This document shows, piece by piece, positions 1-9,634 of a stretch of 64,000 nt of DNA. This DNA is from Cyanobacteriota bacterium (GTDB lineage Bacteria > Cyanobacteriota > Cyanobacteriia > Cyanobacteriales > Nostocaceae). Positions within the stretch are counted from its first letter, which is position 1; every line of letters starts with the position of its first letter. The translations under genes and the position numbers were made by a program. The notes below the pieces were generated by a model, which searched no databases, was not told the origin of the DNA, and worked only from the letters and a program-made list of their open reading frames with translations. The stretch lies in assembly GCA_046045965.1 (NCBI GenBank), contig JBJOKS010000011.1, forward strand, positions 1 to 64,000. Direction: 5' to 3'.

Positions 1-126
1 AAACCAAATGTTAAGTTAATTGTCGCTCCTTTTCCCGATCTACAACGAGGATCTGACCAGTTTTTTTTCAACAATTCTCTCAAAGCCTCTTGACAAAAGA
101 CTTTCAGGCTTAACTTGTCACCAATG
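1..126 (+). mobile_element. Right end of a probable IS4-like insertion sequence (transposase C-terminus 1-93, terminal sequence ...acttgtcaccaatg) inserted into the resolvase gene
   Basis: Open frame 1-93 (KPNVKLIVAPFPDLQRGSDQFFFNNSLKAS*). Resolvase similarity stops at 127. Read inward, the end is CATTGGTGACAAG, and CAT- termini are typical of IS4-type elements. Family call is from recall; the other end is outside the window. Confidence 0.5.
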
Positions 127-418
127 TATGTACGTTGATTTGCCGATGTACACAAGACTCTAGCATTTCCAATACTTGCAGTGTGGAACGTGCCATACGA
201 CTGACTTCGGAGAAGATGATTACATCTTTGGCATTGGCTGTTTCTGTAATTAGTTGTCCTACTCCCCGTTTCTGCCATTGCTCCCGTCCAGACACGGTAT
301 CTTCTATGAATTGAATGGGACTTAACCCGTGGATGTTGGCATACTCTAATATGCCATGCCTCTGGTTTTGCAGGTCTTGGCGATCGCTGGAAACTCTCAA
401 ATAAGCATAAATTACCAT
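127..418 (-). pseudogene. Serine recombinase/resolvase, N-terminal catalytic part, truncated
   Basis: YAYLRVSSDRQDLQNQ catalytic motif and SEVSRMARS. Ends after about 97 aa with no helix E or HTH domain. Confidence 0.85.
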
Positions 419-429
419 AACTCCATTAG

Positions 430-548
430 CTGTCGGAAAAAACTACTTCGGATATTTAATCGAACGGATATACTTTAAATTAAACCACGAAAACTGAACA
501 TATGTGTTCGGAGTAAAAGTTCTTTTTTTCTGGACACTTTTGGACGGC
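430..548. promoter_or_regulatory. Candidate res site / resolvase promoter region
   Basis: Imperfect inverted repeats directly upstream of the resolvase, e.g. gaacatatgtgttc at 496-509. Confidence 0.35.
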
Positions 549-583
549 AATTTGCCAAAAGCCTTACCACAACAGGGTTACAG

Positions 584-742
584 CTTATTTGCAAATAATG
601 TGGTTTCAAAATCGTTGTTTGCGGTTTCGTTGCCTCTTATTTGCAGTTATTGTGGTTTCTTTGCTTTTCTTATTTGCAAATAATGTGGTTTCAAAATTGC
701 CTTGTTTGCGGTTTTGACGATTTATGTTTGCAGTTCGCTACA
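584..742 (-). mobile_element. Terminal region of a Tn7/Tn5053/Mu-like (TnsB/TniA) transposon
   Basis: Minus strand starts TGTAGCGA at 742. About six repeats of TT(A/G)TTTGC(A/G) follow, including an exact 29-bp direct repeat (584-612 and 669-697). The adenine deaminase similarity stops exactly at this boundary. Confidence 0.75.
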
Positions 743-1371
743 GCTATTTTCTCTAAAGCCTCACTCAGGGAAGAACATTCATGGTCTGTAGTAATTTTGG
801 CATCTGCATATTTACGTAACCCCGTACCCACTAACCCCGGTGCATGACCATCAATGGGGATTCCCAAACCTTGCGCTAAATGAATTTTATCCATTATTTC
901 TGGACTATCAGCCAACACCCCTGGTACATTCATCACCTCACTTAAATAAGAAACACCATGTTTAACCAGTTGATGGAAATCGTTTACCGTCAGGGTTGCA
1001 CCGGCAGTTTCAAAAGTAGTAGCAGGGACACAAGCAGGAAAACCAAAAGCAATTTTGAGGGGAGTTTGTAGGGCATTATTCACCATGAAGCGGATACCCT
1101 CTAAACCCAGAACATTAGCGATTTCGTGGGGGTCAGAAACAGTGGCAACCGTACCATGCACCGTTGCTAATCTTGCGAACTCAGTCGGTACAAGCATGGA
1201 ACTTTCAATATGAATATGGGCATCCACAAAACCAGGAAGAATGTACTGTGAATATTGTCCCTGGTCAGGGATTATGGTTTGAATGCGTCCATCTTGAATG
1301 TGAACAGTACCCGGAAAAATGCGACGGTGGAGAACATCAACAATATTGCCAGCAATGGTAAAATTTTTCAT
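743..1371 (-). pseudogene. ade: Adenine deaminase, 5' portion, interrupted by transposon
   Basis: PGFVDAHIHIESSM, SDPHEIANVLG, DGHAPG and TDHEC motifs. Only about 210 aa remain before the transposon end. Confidence 0.9.
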
Positions 1372-1579
1372 AATTTTATTGTTATGCAAAATAAATTTTA
1401 TATTTAGGAGAGGGAACAGGAAGGATCAGGAAATAAGAAATACAGAGATTTTTGTTTGTTCTAAAAATGTTAAATTAATTTTGCTCAGATACTTGTGTCA
1501 AGGTTTTAGGATTACGGTTCAAGCTACTCAAATAAGTCACAATCAATAGTAATAAGTAAAAAATTACCAATTATAACCA

Positions 1580-1903
1580 GTGTTATTTAAACAGCAACGA
1601 GCTATTGGCATTGATGTTTTACATTTAGCATTACCCTTGGTTGGTCAGTCATTACTGCAAACCTTAATTGTTTTGGTTGACCGGATCATGCTTGGTCACT
1701 ACAGCATAGCAGCACTGGCATCAATGCGAATTAGTGGCAGTTTTTTTTGGTGTTTAGAAGGTATTCTTTCTGCCATTGCCGTGGGTACAGTCGCCTTAGT
1801 GGGTCGGGCTATTGGTAGTGATGATAGGTCTTTAGCTGCTGCTGCGGCTCGTGGTAGTTTGCTATTTGCTGTAGTTGTAGGAATTACAGCTTCAGTTCTA
1901 TGT
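1580..1903 (+). pseudogene. MATE-family efflux transporter, N-terminal fragment
   Basis: LALPLVGQSLLQTLIVLVDRIMLGHYS..ALAS..GTVALVGRAIGS is a MATE-type N-terminus. Truncated where it meets the WD40 gene end. Confidence 0.75.
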
Positions 1904-2621
1904 TTACTTAATCCTATACTTCTGACAAGTTTCCCTAGCACCTCTAGCGGTTTCATCTTGAGCTAAAGTTTCAGGATCATTCAAAGCGGAATGGTAGCGG
2001 AGTCTGTTGCAAGCGATATCTAACCAACCCTGCCAATTGCCAATCCAAAATCTTACTGTTTTGTCTTTACTGCCACTGATTATCTGTTTGCCATCAGGAC
2101 TGAAGACTACTGATTCGACACTGCCATTGTGCTTAAAAGGTGAGCCAATTAGTTTACCTTTCAAATCCCATAAATATATAGCACCACTATCTACCGATAC
2201 TCCACTGACTCCAACCGCAATCATCTTACCATCTGGGCTGAAGGCTAGGCTTCTTGCAGGAGCAGGGAGATCGATTTTTAGGAGTTGTTCACCTTTGAGA
2301 TTCCAGAGTCTAACTGTATTGTCATTGCTACCACTAGCAATCATCTTGCCATTTGGAATAAACGCGACTGAAGTAATGATATTGGTATGTTCTCTAAAGG
2401 TTTTGCCAATGGGATTCCCTTGCAAGTCCCATAGTCGGATGGAGTTGTCCTTTGCGTCAGCACTGCCACTCGCACTAACAATCATTTTGCCATCAGGACT
2501 GAAGGCAACCTTATTTACCTCATCTTGATGGGCTTGAAATGGCGGTTTAAGTTGTTTTCCTTGAAGATTCCATAGCTGAATTTGCCCTTTAATGTCACCA
2601 CTGGCGATTATCTGCCCATCT
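1904..2621 (-). pseudogene. C-terminal WD40 portion of the IS-split nSTAND1-WD40 gene
   Basis: Multiple WD40 repeats (VAFSPDGKMIVSAS...LWD). Joins in frame to the 4987-7551 part once the IS and one target-duplication copy are removed (SPDG|QIIASGD). Confidence 0.9.
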
Positions 2622-2787
2622 GATACTGTTGGCGAAACATTACTTAACATTAGATAGAGGGGAGCTTCGGTGTAATACATGGAATAAGGAAAGGGCTTTT
2701 CCCGTGTATTACATGGGGGATGAAAAAAGTAAGAAGGAAACGCTCTCTTATTAATAAACTAGAATAAACACCTGTGGAGACGAGTAT

Positions 2788-4443
2788 ATGTGCTTACATC
2801 CTTCAGAAATTCCCCCAGTCCCAGAAGAAACGGCACGTGTAGCTGTTGCAGCATTCCCCAAAGGTAATATGTATATGCGTCTGCGCGACGAACTTGGAAT
2901 CTTCTTTCAGGATGAAGACTTTGCATCTGTGTATCCACAAAGAGGGCAGTCAGCACAAGCACCTTGGCGACTAGCGATGGTATTGATAATGCAATTCTTA
3001 GAAAACCTGTCGGATAGACAAGCAGCCTCTTCAGTGCGAGCAAGAATTGATTGGAAATATGCTTTATCCTTAGAATTAACAGATCCAGGCTTTGATTTTA
3101 GCGTTTTAAGTGAATTCCGCGACCGACTAATCTCCGGGGGTGTCGAGCAGCAAATACTAGACAAAATGCTCTCAAGATTTCAGGAATTAAAACTGTTATC
3201 AGCACGGGGAAAACAGCGCACCGACTCCACCCATATTCTTTCCGTAGTCAGAGAGTTAAGTCGATTAGAAAATCTAGGGGAAACTCTAAGGTATGCTTTG
3301 AATGCTGTAGCAGAAGTTGACCCAACTTGGCTCAAATTACTGGCTTCCCCTGAGTGGTACGACCGATATTCAAAACGTTTTGAAGATTATCGACTGCCCA
3401 AAACTGCACCAGAACGAGAAGCATTGGCTATCCTCATTGGGGCAGATGGCTTTCGTTTACTTGATGCCGTCTATGCAGAAACGTCTCCACTTTTTCTGCG
3501 AAAGCTGCCAGCAGTGGAAGTTCTACGTCAAGTGTGGCTACAACAATATCATGCGCCCACAGATAAAATTGAGTTACGCAATGAACAAGACGGACCACCT
3601 TCAGCCGTGAGAATTTGGTCTGCTTATGATTTAGATGCACGTAAAAGCAGTAAACGCACTACTAACTGGACAGGGTATAAAGTGCATCTGACAGAAAGTT
3701 GTGATGAAGATGCTCCTCATATTATCACTCATGTAATAACGACTCCTGCTACCAGTCCAGACCAAACAGTGATACCCTCAATCCATCAAGCTTTGGCTGA
3801 TAAAGAACTTTTACCTGAGCAACATTTAGTTGACCAAGGATACACTTCAGGACCATTGCTTTCTAATTCCCAGAGTGATTATGACATTGATTTGTTTGGT
3901 CCAGTGCCTCTCAATGTCGGATGGCAATCAAAAGCAGGTTTGGGATTTGATTTATCCCACTTTCAAATCAACTGGGAGCAAAAAACAGCCTATTGTCCTC
4001 AAGGCAAGTGCAGTAGCCGTTGGAAAAAAACTCAAGATACCTATGGAAACCCAGTGATTCGTGTTGACTTCCGGTCTTCTGATTGTTCAGTCTGTCCTGT
4101 TCGCTCCCACTGTACCCGCTCAAAAACCAAGCCACGAGGCTTAACTTTACAGATGCAATCTGATTACGAAGTCCTCCAGAAAGCTAGGGAGCGGCAAAAA
4201 ACTGAACAGTTTCAACAACAGTATGCACTGCGGTCTGGGATTGAGGGAACTATTTCCCAAGGGATTCGAGCCTTTGAATTACGCCACTGTCGTTATGTTG
4301 GTTTAGCAAAATCCCATCTACAGCATATCCTCACTGCTGCTGCGATGAATCTAGTACGAGTGTTTGCTTGGTGGGAGGAGATGCCTTTGGCGAAAACGCG
4401 CAAATCACACTTGGCGAAATTGGCAGACCCGATTCTAGCCTAG
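2788..4443 (+). CDS. IS1182-family DDE transposase
   Basis: 551 aa. LSDRQAA..VRARIDWKYAL, QRTDSTH, GYKVHLTE, VDQGY, a Zn-ribbon CPQG..CSVC..C and RSGIEGTISQG motifs. Confidence 0.92.
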   Translation: MCLHPSEIPPVPEETARVAVAAFPKGNMYMRLRDELGIFFQDEDFASVYPQRGQSAQAPWRLAMVLIMQFLENLSDRQAASSVRARIDWKYALSLELTDPGFDFSVLSEFRDRLISGGVEQQILDKMLSRFQELKLLSARGKQRTDSTHILSVVRELSRLENLGETLRYALNAVAEVDPTWLKLLASPEWYDRYSKRFEDYRLPKTAPEREALAILIGADGFRLLDAVYAETSPLFLRKLPAVEVLRQVWLQQYHAPTDKIELRNEQDGPPSAVRIWSAYDLDARKSSKRTTNWTGYKVHLTESCDEDAPHIITHVITTPATSPDQTVIPSIHQALADKELLPEQHLVDQGYTSGPLLSNSQSDYDIDLFGPVPLNVGWQSKAGLGFDLSHFQINWEQKTAYCPQGKCSSRWKKTQDTYGNPVIRVDFRSSDCSVCPVRSHCTRSKTKPRGLTLQMQSDYEVLQKARERQKTEQFQQQYALRSGIEGTISQGIRAFELRHCRYVGLAKSHLQHILTAAAMNLVRVFAWWEEMPLAKTRKSHLAKLADPILA

Positions 4444-4561
4444 TTCATATCTGTTTAATGTTTTGCCCAAAAGCTGATGTAATCTCATTTTTTTTCCATG
4501 TATTACATGGAAAATTACCCATTCCTGGGTTATATTTACTGTGTAATACACGGAAGTATTT

Positions 4562-4954
4562 ATGTGGAAAAGGGATATTCAAGGCAAATTTGCCCTGAAA
4601 AATGATGATTATCGTCAAGTACGCTCTTTAAGGTTGACTGATGATACCTGGAAGGCTTTGGGTATTGCTGCTGAATGTTTAGGCATGACTAGGGCTGATT
4701 ATTTGGAATACTTGATTGATGGCAGTCCCCTCCCAAGTATTACACGGGAAAGTTCAGATTTTTTAGTTCCCACTCTCTCAGGATCTCAGCCAGGTATTAC
4801 ACGGTATCAGGAGTCTCACCAAATACCAAGGCTTTCAGAACTGGAAATTTTACGTGACCGCGTTTTGTCTGAACTCAAGCTGGGTAAGCAAGCCTCTGGG
4901 TATAAAACTGTTCTCAAGGCTCTCAATCGTTTTATCACTGAACTAACCAGCTAG
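4562..4954 (+). CDS. Small IS-borne protein with N-terminal ribbon-helix-helix-like segment (putative regulator)
   Basis: 130-aa ORF inside the inverted repeats. VRSLRLTDDTWKALGIAAECLGMTRADYLEYL has a CopG/RHH-like pattern. Confidence 0.6.
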   Translation: MWKRDIQGKFALKNDDYRQVRSLRLTDDTWKALGIAAECLGMTRADYLEYLIDGSPLPSITRESSDFLVPTLSGSQPGITRYQESHQIPRLSELEILRDRVLSELKLGKQASGYKTVLKALNRFITELTS

Positions 4955-4986
4955 TATCCTGCTTCTCTGAATTCGCCAACAGTATC

Positions 4987-7551
4987 CCCATCTGGGCTAA
5001 AAACGGCAGAAAAAACAAAGTTGCCCTGCTTCATTGGAGGAGCAACCAAGTTACCTTGAAAATCCCATAACAGAAGTGTTCCATCTGCATCAGTGCTAAG
5101 AATTGTTTGACCTTTCGGGCTAAAAGCAACGGAAGTAATTAAACTCTTATGGTGTGTAAAGGGTGAACTAAGAATCGGGGCACCTTCCTGATTCCATAAC
5201 TGTATAGTAGAGTCTGTAGCACTAGCGATCGTCTTGCCATCAGAACTAATTGCAACTGTATTGCCACCTTCTGGTATGGCTTTGGACAGCAAGCCACTCT
5301 CAATGTCCCACAAACGCACAGTGTTATCGCTGGTAATTTGGGCAGACTCAAGCGGACCAAACCATCCACCTACGCTGACCAAGTGTTTACTATCTGGACT
5401 CAAGGCAAGATAGGTAATTCTGTTAGTATGACCTTTTAAGGTTGTCAACAATTGACCATTGCGATCGAATAAAGAAATGTCCCCCCAATCACTTCCGCGA
5501 GCGATGATTTGACCATTTGGACTGGAAATTTCCAAGTTACCTACACTTTCAAAATTAGGAGACTCTTTAAATTTTTCAATGATTGGTGAAGGTGTTATTG
5601 GTTGACCTTGCCAATCCCAGATCTTAAGCACTTGGTCTCCCCGCTCATTCATAATTACAATAAACCGATCGTCTGCACTTAGCTTAAGAAACTTGGGTTG
5701 TTTCTCATCTCCTCTAAAAACGCTACGCTCCCTTGAACGTTCTACTGCTTCTAGCAAGCTAGATTGAGTGATTGTAAATACATCATCATTTTGAAGCTGT
5801 TTTCCCACCCCCAATGCTTGAATTGCCTGAACCAAACCCTGAGTTGGACTAATAGAAAGTTGATTGATTGATTCAGCAGCTTGGGTTCGCACGTCAGCTA
5901 GTTGGGTTTGCCTATCAGCCCGTTTCCATTGCCAGCCAGCAGCGAGAGCAAATAAGACCGCTACTGCCAAGCCACCAGAAAGCCATCGAATAGCCCTACG
6001 TTGGAGACGTACTTTCTCTTTTTGAATGCGCTCACGCTCAACTTGTTTTTCTTTTTCTAGGCGATCGCGCTCACCTTGACTTGCATCTAAAAACTGATTG
6101 GCTTCCTGACTCAAACCACCGAGAACCTGATTAAAGGTTTCATCTTTTCTCAGTTCTAAAGCCTGCTCTAATCGAGAACCTGACCACAAATCCTCATGAG
6201 ATTTGGTTTTCTTCCATTGTTCGACATCATCGTTCAAGCGGTTGCGAAGGGCGATCGCCTGACGATTTTCCTTAATCCAACTATTCAACGTTACCCAGGA
6301 AGTCAGCAAGGCTTCGTGAGCGATCTCAATCGTGCTTTCTTGGGAGTCAGTTACATGATTACTCACTAATAAGTTATGATTGACCAACTGAGTTAAGATT
6401 GTTTGCTCTAGTGGATCGCTAAACTCTGAACGGGTGGCACGTCGGCGAACAGGTTTCCACTCAGTTCCAGATTCTTCATCTTCGCCAATACCCGCTAACT
6501 TCAGAAATATTCTCTGAGCCACTAATTTTTCCGATTCAGACAAAGACTTGTAGATTTGATCTACGTGCTGCTGGAGTGCGCCTCGCACCCCACCCAATTT
6601 CCGATAGTTGGTGATATTGAGCGTCTTATCTTGAATGCTTTGGCTCTGAACTTCTGTTTCCCACAACAGATTTAGCGTGTACTGCAACAAAGGCAAATAT
6701 CCAGCCTGTCCTTGCACGTCATCAATGATTTGCTTGACTAATCCAGTCTCAAATACTACACCATGATGGGCAGCAGGTTGTTCGATCGCCAAGCGCAATT
6801 CATCCAATTGCATTTCTGCAATCATGGGGCGATGCTTATCTGTCACCTTGATTAAGTCGGGATAGGGACTGAGCCGATCCAAAAAATCTGCTCGCATTGT
6901 TGCTACAAGTTTAACCGAGCGATCACCAGCTTTGTCGAGAGTTTTTACCAGTTGCACCAAACTTTTGATGAAGACATCCCGTTTGCTTGACTCAGTGGTG
7001 GTAAACAACTCCTCAAACTGGTCGATGAGAATGAACCAGTAGGCATCTGCTTGTTTGAGCGATCGCATTAACTGAGTTAATGTGTCCTCCTTAGCAATAC
7101 GAGCAATCTGCACTTCTGATTGTTTGTATTTCCCTAACAAACTGGCATACAGGGATTCAAAGGGATCTTGATCGGGAGTGAAAATCAGATTAACAAAGTG
7201 GTTTCCTTGCCTTTCTGCCAACCAAGGAATCAGACCGGCTCGAATCACCGAAGATTTGCCGCTTCCTGACGCACCTAGAAGTAACACCAAATTAGTTTGC
7301 TCTAGTTCATTCACCAATCCTGTGAGGAACTGATCCCGCCCAAAAAAGCAATCTTTGTCTTCTGATTCAAACTTCTTTAGCCCTTTATAAGGGGATGTAA
7401 TGATAAATTTGCGAGTTTTGACTTCTTCAACTGATATCTGGATAATTTGTGTTTGGTTAAAGGTAACACTTTGACTATTTGTAACTGACACATCATGGAT
7501 ACTCTGATTGTGTCCATCCTCACCCAGATTTGAAGGAAATTCCTGTGTCAT
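4987..7551 (-). pseudogene. nSTAND1-type P-loop NTPase + TM helix + WD40 repeats (NLR-like), 5' portion of IS-interrupted gene
   Basis: SPYKGLKKF..FFGRD, Walker A GASGSGKSS, Walker B LIDQFEELF, MRADF, LPLLQYTL and EIAHEALL. A hydrophobic helix and WD40 repeats follow. The restored gene would be about 1091 aa. Confidence 0.9.
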
Positions 7552-8063
7552 GGAATTACCATCCAGGCTTTAGCTACTAAACTTGCCACTTTCATTACTG
7601 GTTCTGCCAGTTCTTCCACTCCTACTAATCCCTTTTTCAAGGCAATTATTGCCTGCTCGACTAAGCTTTTATCGGGTTGGGGCTTTTGTACTTCTTTTTG
7701 AATAGTTTGAATCTTTTCATCTGCTATTTCCTTTAATAAAGGATTAAGGGTACTATTTGTGGCAATCGCCTGCTTTAATTTTTCCAGCACACTCAAGGCT
7801 TCCTGCAAATTAGTATTCTGTAGTTTTGCCTGAGCCTTATTCTGATTGACACTACTTCCTTGCTCTGCCTGAATTTGGCTCAGATCGATCTCACTGCTGC
7901 CTGTAATACTCACGCCACTCATAGTTTGACTCTTAGCAGGAGTTGTCGCCTCCTTGCCAACAGCAGCTAGAACACTGGGGAGTTCGCGTTGAAGTTCCAG
8001 TTTTTGTTCGGGGGTTAGAGTTTTGATAATTTCTAAAATGTCGCTAATGCTATAAGTAGGCAT
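7548..8063 (-). CDS. Hypothetical protein translationally coupled to the NLR-like gene (helical N-terminus, S/T/Q-rich central motif, helical C-terminus)
   Basis: ATG at 8063 (the ORF extends to a TTG at 8096). Its stop overlaps the NTPase start as ATGA at 7548-7551. Confidence 0.8.
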   Translation of the reverse strand: MPTYSISDILEIIKTLTPEQKLELQRELPSVLAAVGKEATTPAKSQTMSGVSITGSSEIDLSQIQAEQGSSVNQNKAQAKLQNTNLQEALSVLEKLKQAIATNSTLNPLLKEIADEKIQTIQKEVQKPQPDKSLVEQAIIALKKGLVGVEELAEPVMKVASLVAKAWMVIP

Positions 8064-8151
8064 AGGTCCAATTACCAAAAAACGAATTGTTGACAAAATG
8101 TAAAAAAGTGATGTGATTTCTTCCCGAAAGAGTTTAGAGGGGGTTTGGTCT

Positions 8152-8175
8152 GCATAACTATTTATTATACGGAAA
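8152..8175 (-). other. Candidate integron attI recombination site
   Basis: Minus strand reads tttccgtataataaata-GTTATGC, a GTTRRRY-like core with one deviation. It lies between a divergent intI fragment and the gene pair. Confidence 0.55.
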
Positions 8176-8318
8176 CTTTCCGTTTAATCTTTTCCTCAAT
8201 CCTGATACATCAGGCATTACAACGGATTCTTGTCTGAATATACGGAAAACTTCTTCTTTACCAACTTATTTAGGTAATATACATAATGTTTCCGTATATC
8301 CCTTGGTGTTATCAATAA

Positions 8319-8460
8319 TTTTTAACATATCTTGCTATCAATGAAAATGTGGCTGTATCAACGCATAAACAAGCACTTCATGCTGTTATTTCTCTCTATA
8401 AAGAGGTATTAAAACAAGATTTAGATTTAAAAGCAGATGCGGTACGTGCTAAAAAAAAAC
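8319..8460 (+). pseudogene. Integron integrase (IntI-like) N-terminal fragment
   Basis: Frame reads FLTYLAINENVAVSTHKQALHAVISLYKEVLKQDLDLKADAVRAKK, matching the IntI pattern FL..LA....V..ST..QAL.A..FLY..VL. No catalytic domain. Confidence 0.7.
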
Positions 8461-8806
8461 CACATAATATTACTATTTTGGAGATGTCTAATATTGTTTT
8501 ATCTGGAAGTCCCTTCGTTAAGCAGTACAATCTATTAGTGTTCCTCAAAGGAAGCGATAGTAATTTATTAGAGTTATTTGTTAGAAGTAAAAAAAATGGC
8601 TAAAGGGTTTGGTACAAAGCCGGAAAAACAATTAGGATAAATCTTACAGTTAATTCCAGAAGCTAAAGCATATATTCCTGACTCACATTTTTAACAATCT
8701 TAAACTTTAATTTAATTTAGTTTGGTTTAGTCCATTTACTCGTTCTCGCTGCTTTTTTATGCTTTGGTTTTTTTGTGGAATATTCAGATTAAGTTTAGCA
8801 TTCATC

Positions 8807-9538
8807 CTACTTTTCAGATATATAAATTTTTAGGTTAATAATTTCTTTCAAACTGCTAAGGTAAGTTAGCAACGCATAGATAAAAGTTACAATTCCTAGC
8901 ATTTCCAGGAATTCTTCAATCACTATAGCACTTAAAGTTATTATCCCCAGCCGTCCAAAAGATACTCTGAAAAACCCACCTACCATTTCCATCCCTAGAC
9001 TTCCGCTAATATAAAAAATTGCGGCAAGCAGGAATAAATATCGAGTATTCTTAGGTAAATCTAGGAAAAATTGGAAATATTTAAATACAAAAAATATAAC
9101 GGCAGGTATCCCAAATATAACCCAAGTATGATAAAATATTGGGCTTAAATTAAATGATTCTCTGAGCGATGGAATAATCAAAATTTCGTGGAGACTGAAT
9201 GCTTCATCTAGACTAAAAACAAAAAATATTAAAGATAGATTTTTCCAATAAATAAAATATTTATCTGTCTTTTTCATGGAAGTAATTACTGCTAACAATC
9301 CCGAAGAAAATAATAATATTAACGATGAATACAAAGCAGGAATATTGAACTCTTCATCAAGGCTAAAGAGTTCGTAAAACCATTTTGAGCTTGGAAATGG
9401 GAACTCGAAAAACCGGAAATAAGCACTTATAGCACCAGTTAGACTAAGACATAAAATTATAATAATTAAAGGCTTTGTAATTTTTTTAGCAGAGATATAA
9501 ATTGGTAACTCTACGTCATGAGTAGATGGATGCGGCAT
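8807..9538 (-). CDS. Hypothetical polytopic membrane protein
   Basis: 243 aa, several hydrophobic helices, FSLDEE..IP, SLDE..HE and EEFLEMLG motifs. Confidence 0.75.
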   Translation of the reverse strand: MPHPSTHDVELPIYISAKKITKPLIIIILCLSLTGAISAYFRFFEFPFPSSKWFYELFSLDEEFNIPALYSSLILLFSSGLLAVITSMKKTDKYFIYWKNLSLIFFVFSLDEAFSLHEILIIPSLRESFNLSPIFYHTWVIFGIPAVIFFVFKYFQFFLDLPKNTRYLFLLAAIFYISGSLGMEMVGGFFRVSFGRLGIITLSAIVIEEFLEMLGIVTFIYALLTYLSSLKEIINLKIYISEK

Positions 9539-9602
9539 ATAAATCCTTTAGTAACATTATTAACATTAAGATTAAGATTAAGATTACGGCAAAAATATCA
9601 AC

Positions 9603-9622
9603 AGTCCCGCAAAGGCAGGACT
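9603..9622 (-). terminator. Hairpin after the lysozyme gene (possible terminator)
   Basis: agtcccgcaaaggcaggact imperfect inverted repeat just downstream of the stop. Confidence 0.35.
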
Positions 9623-9634
9623 ATTCAGATCACA

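Larger units (their letters stand above)
2622..4986 (+). mobile_element. IS1182-family element, 2365 bp, with passenger gene
   Basis: Perfect 15-bp terminal inverted repeats gatactgttggcgaa (2622-2636) and ttcgccaacagtatc (4972-4986). 7-bp target duplication cccatct (2615-2621 and 4987-4993). Confidence 0.92.

Noticed and set aside
584..742. Direct repeats as a CRISPR array
   Set aside because: The units are irregular and nearly adjacent with no unique spacers, and they end at a TGT terminus that cuts a gene. This fits a transposon end.
691..1389. Intact 232-aa amidohydrolase
   Set aside because: The tail VANCKHKSSKPQTRQF is read-through into the transposon end, and the enzyme is truncated.
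1904..2680. Independent 258-aa WD40 gene
   Set aside because: Its first about 20 codons come from the IS end. It is the 3' part of the split NTPase-WD40 gene.
8596..8690. Gene starting MAKGFGTKPEKQLG
   Set aside because: In-frame stop after 14 codons. At most a tiny remnant that cannot be assigned.
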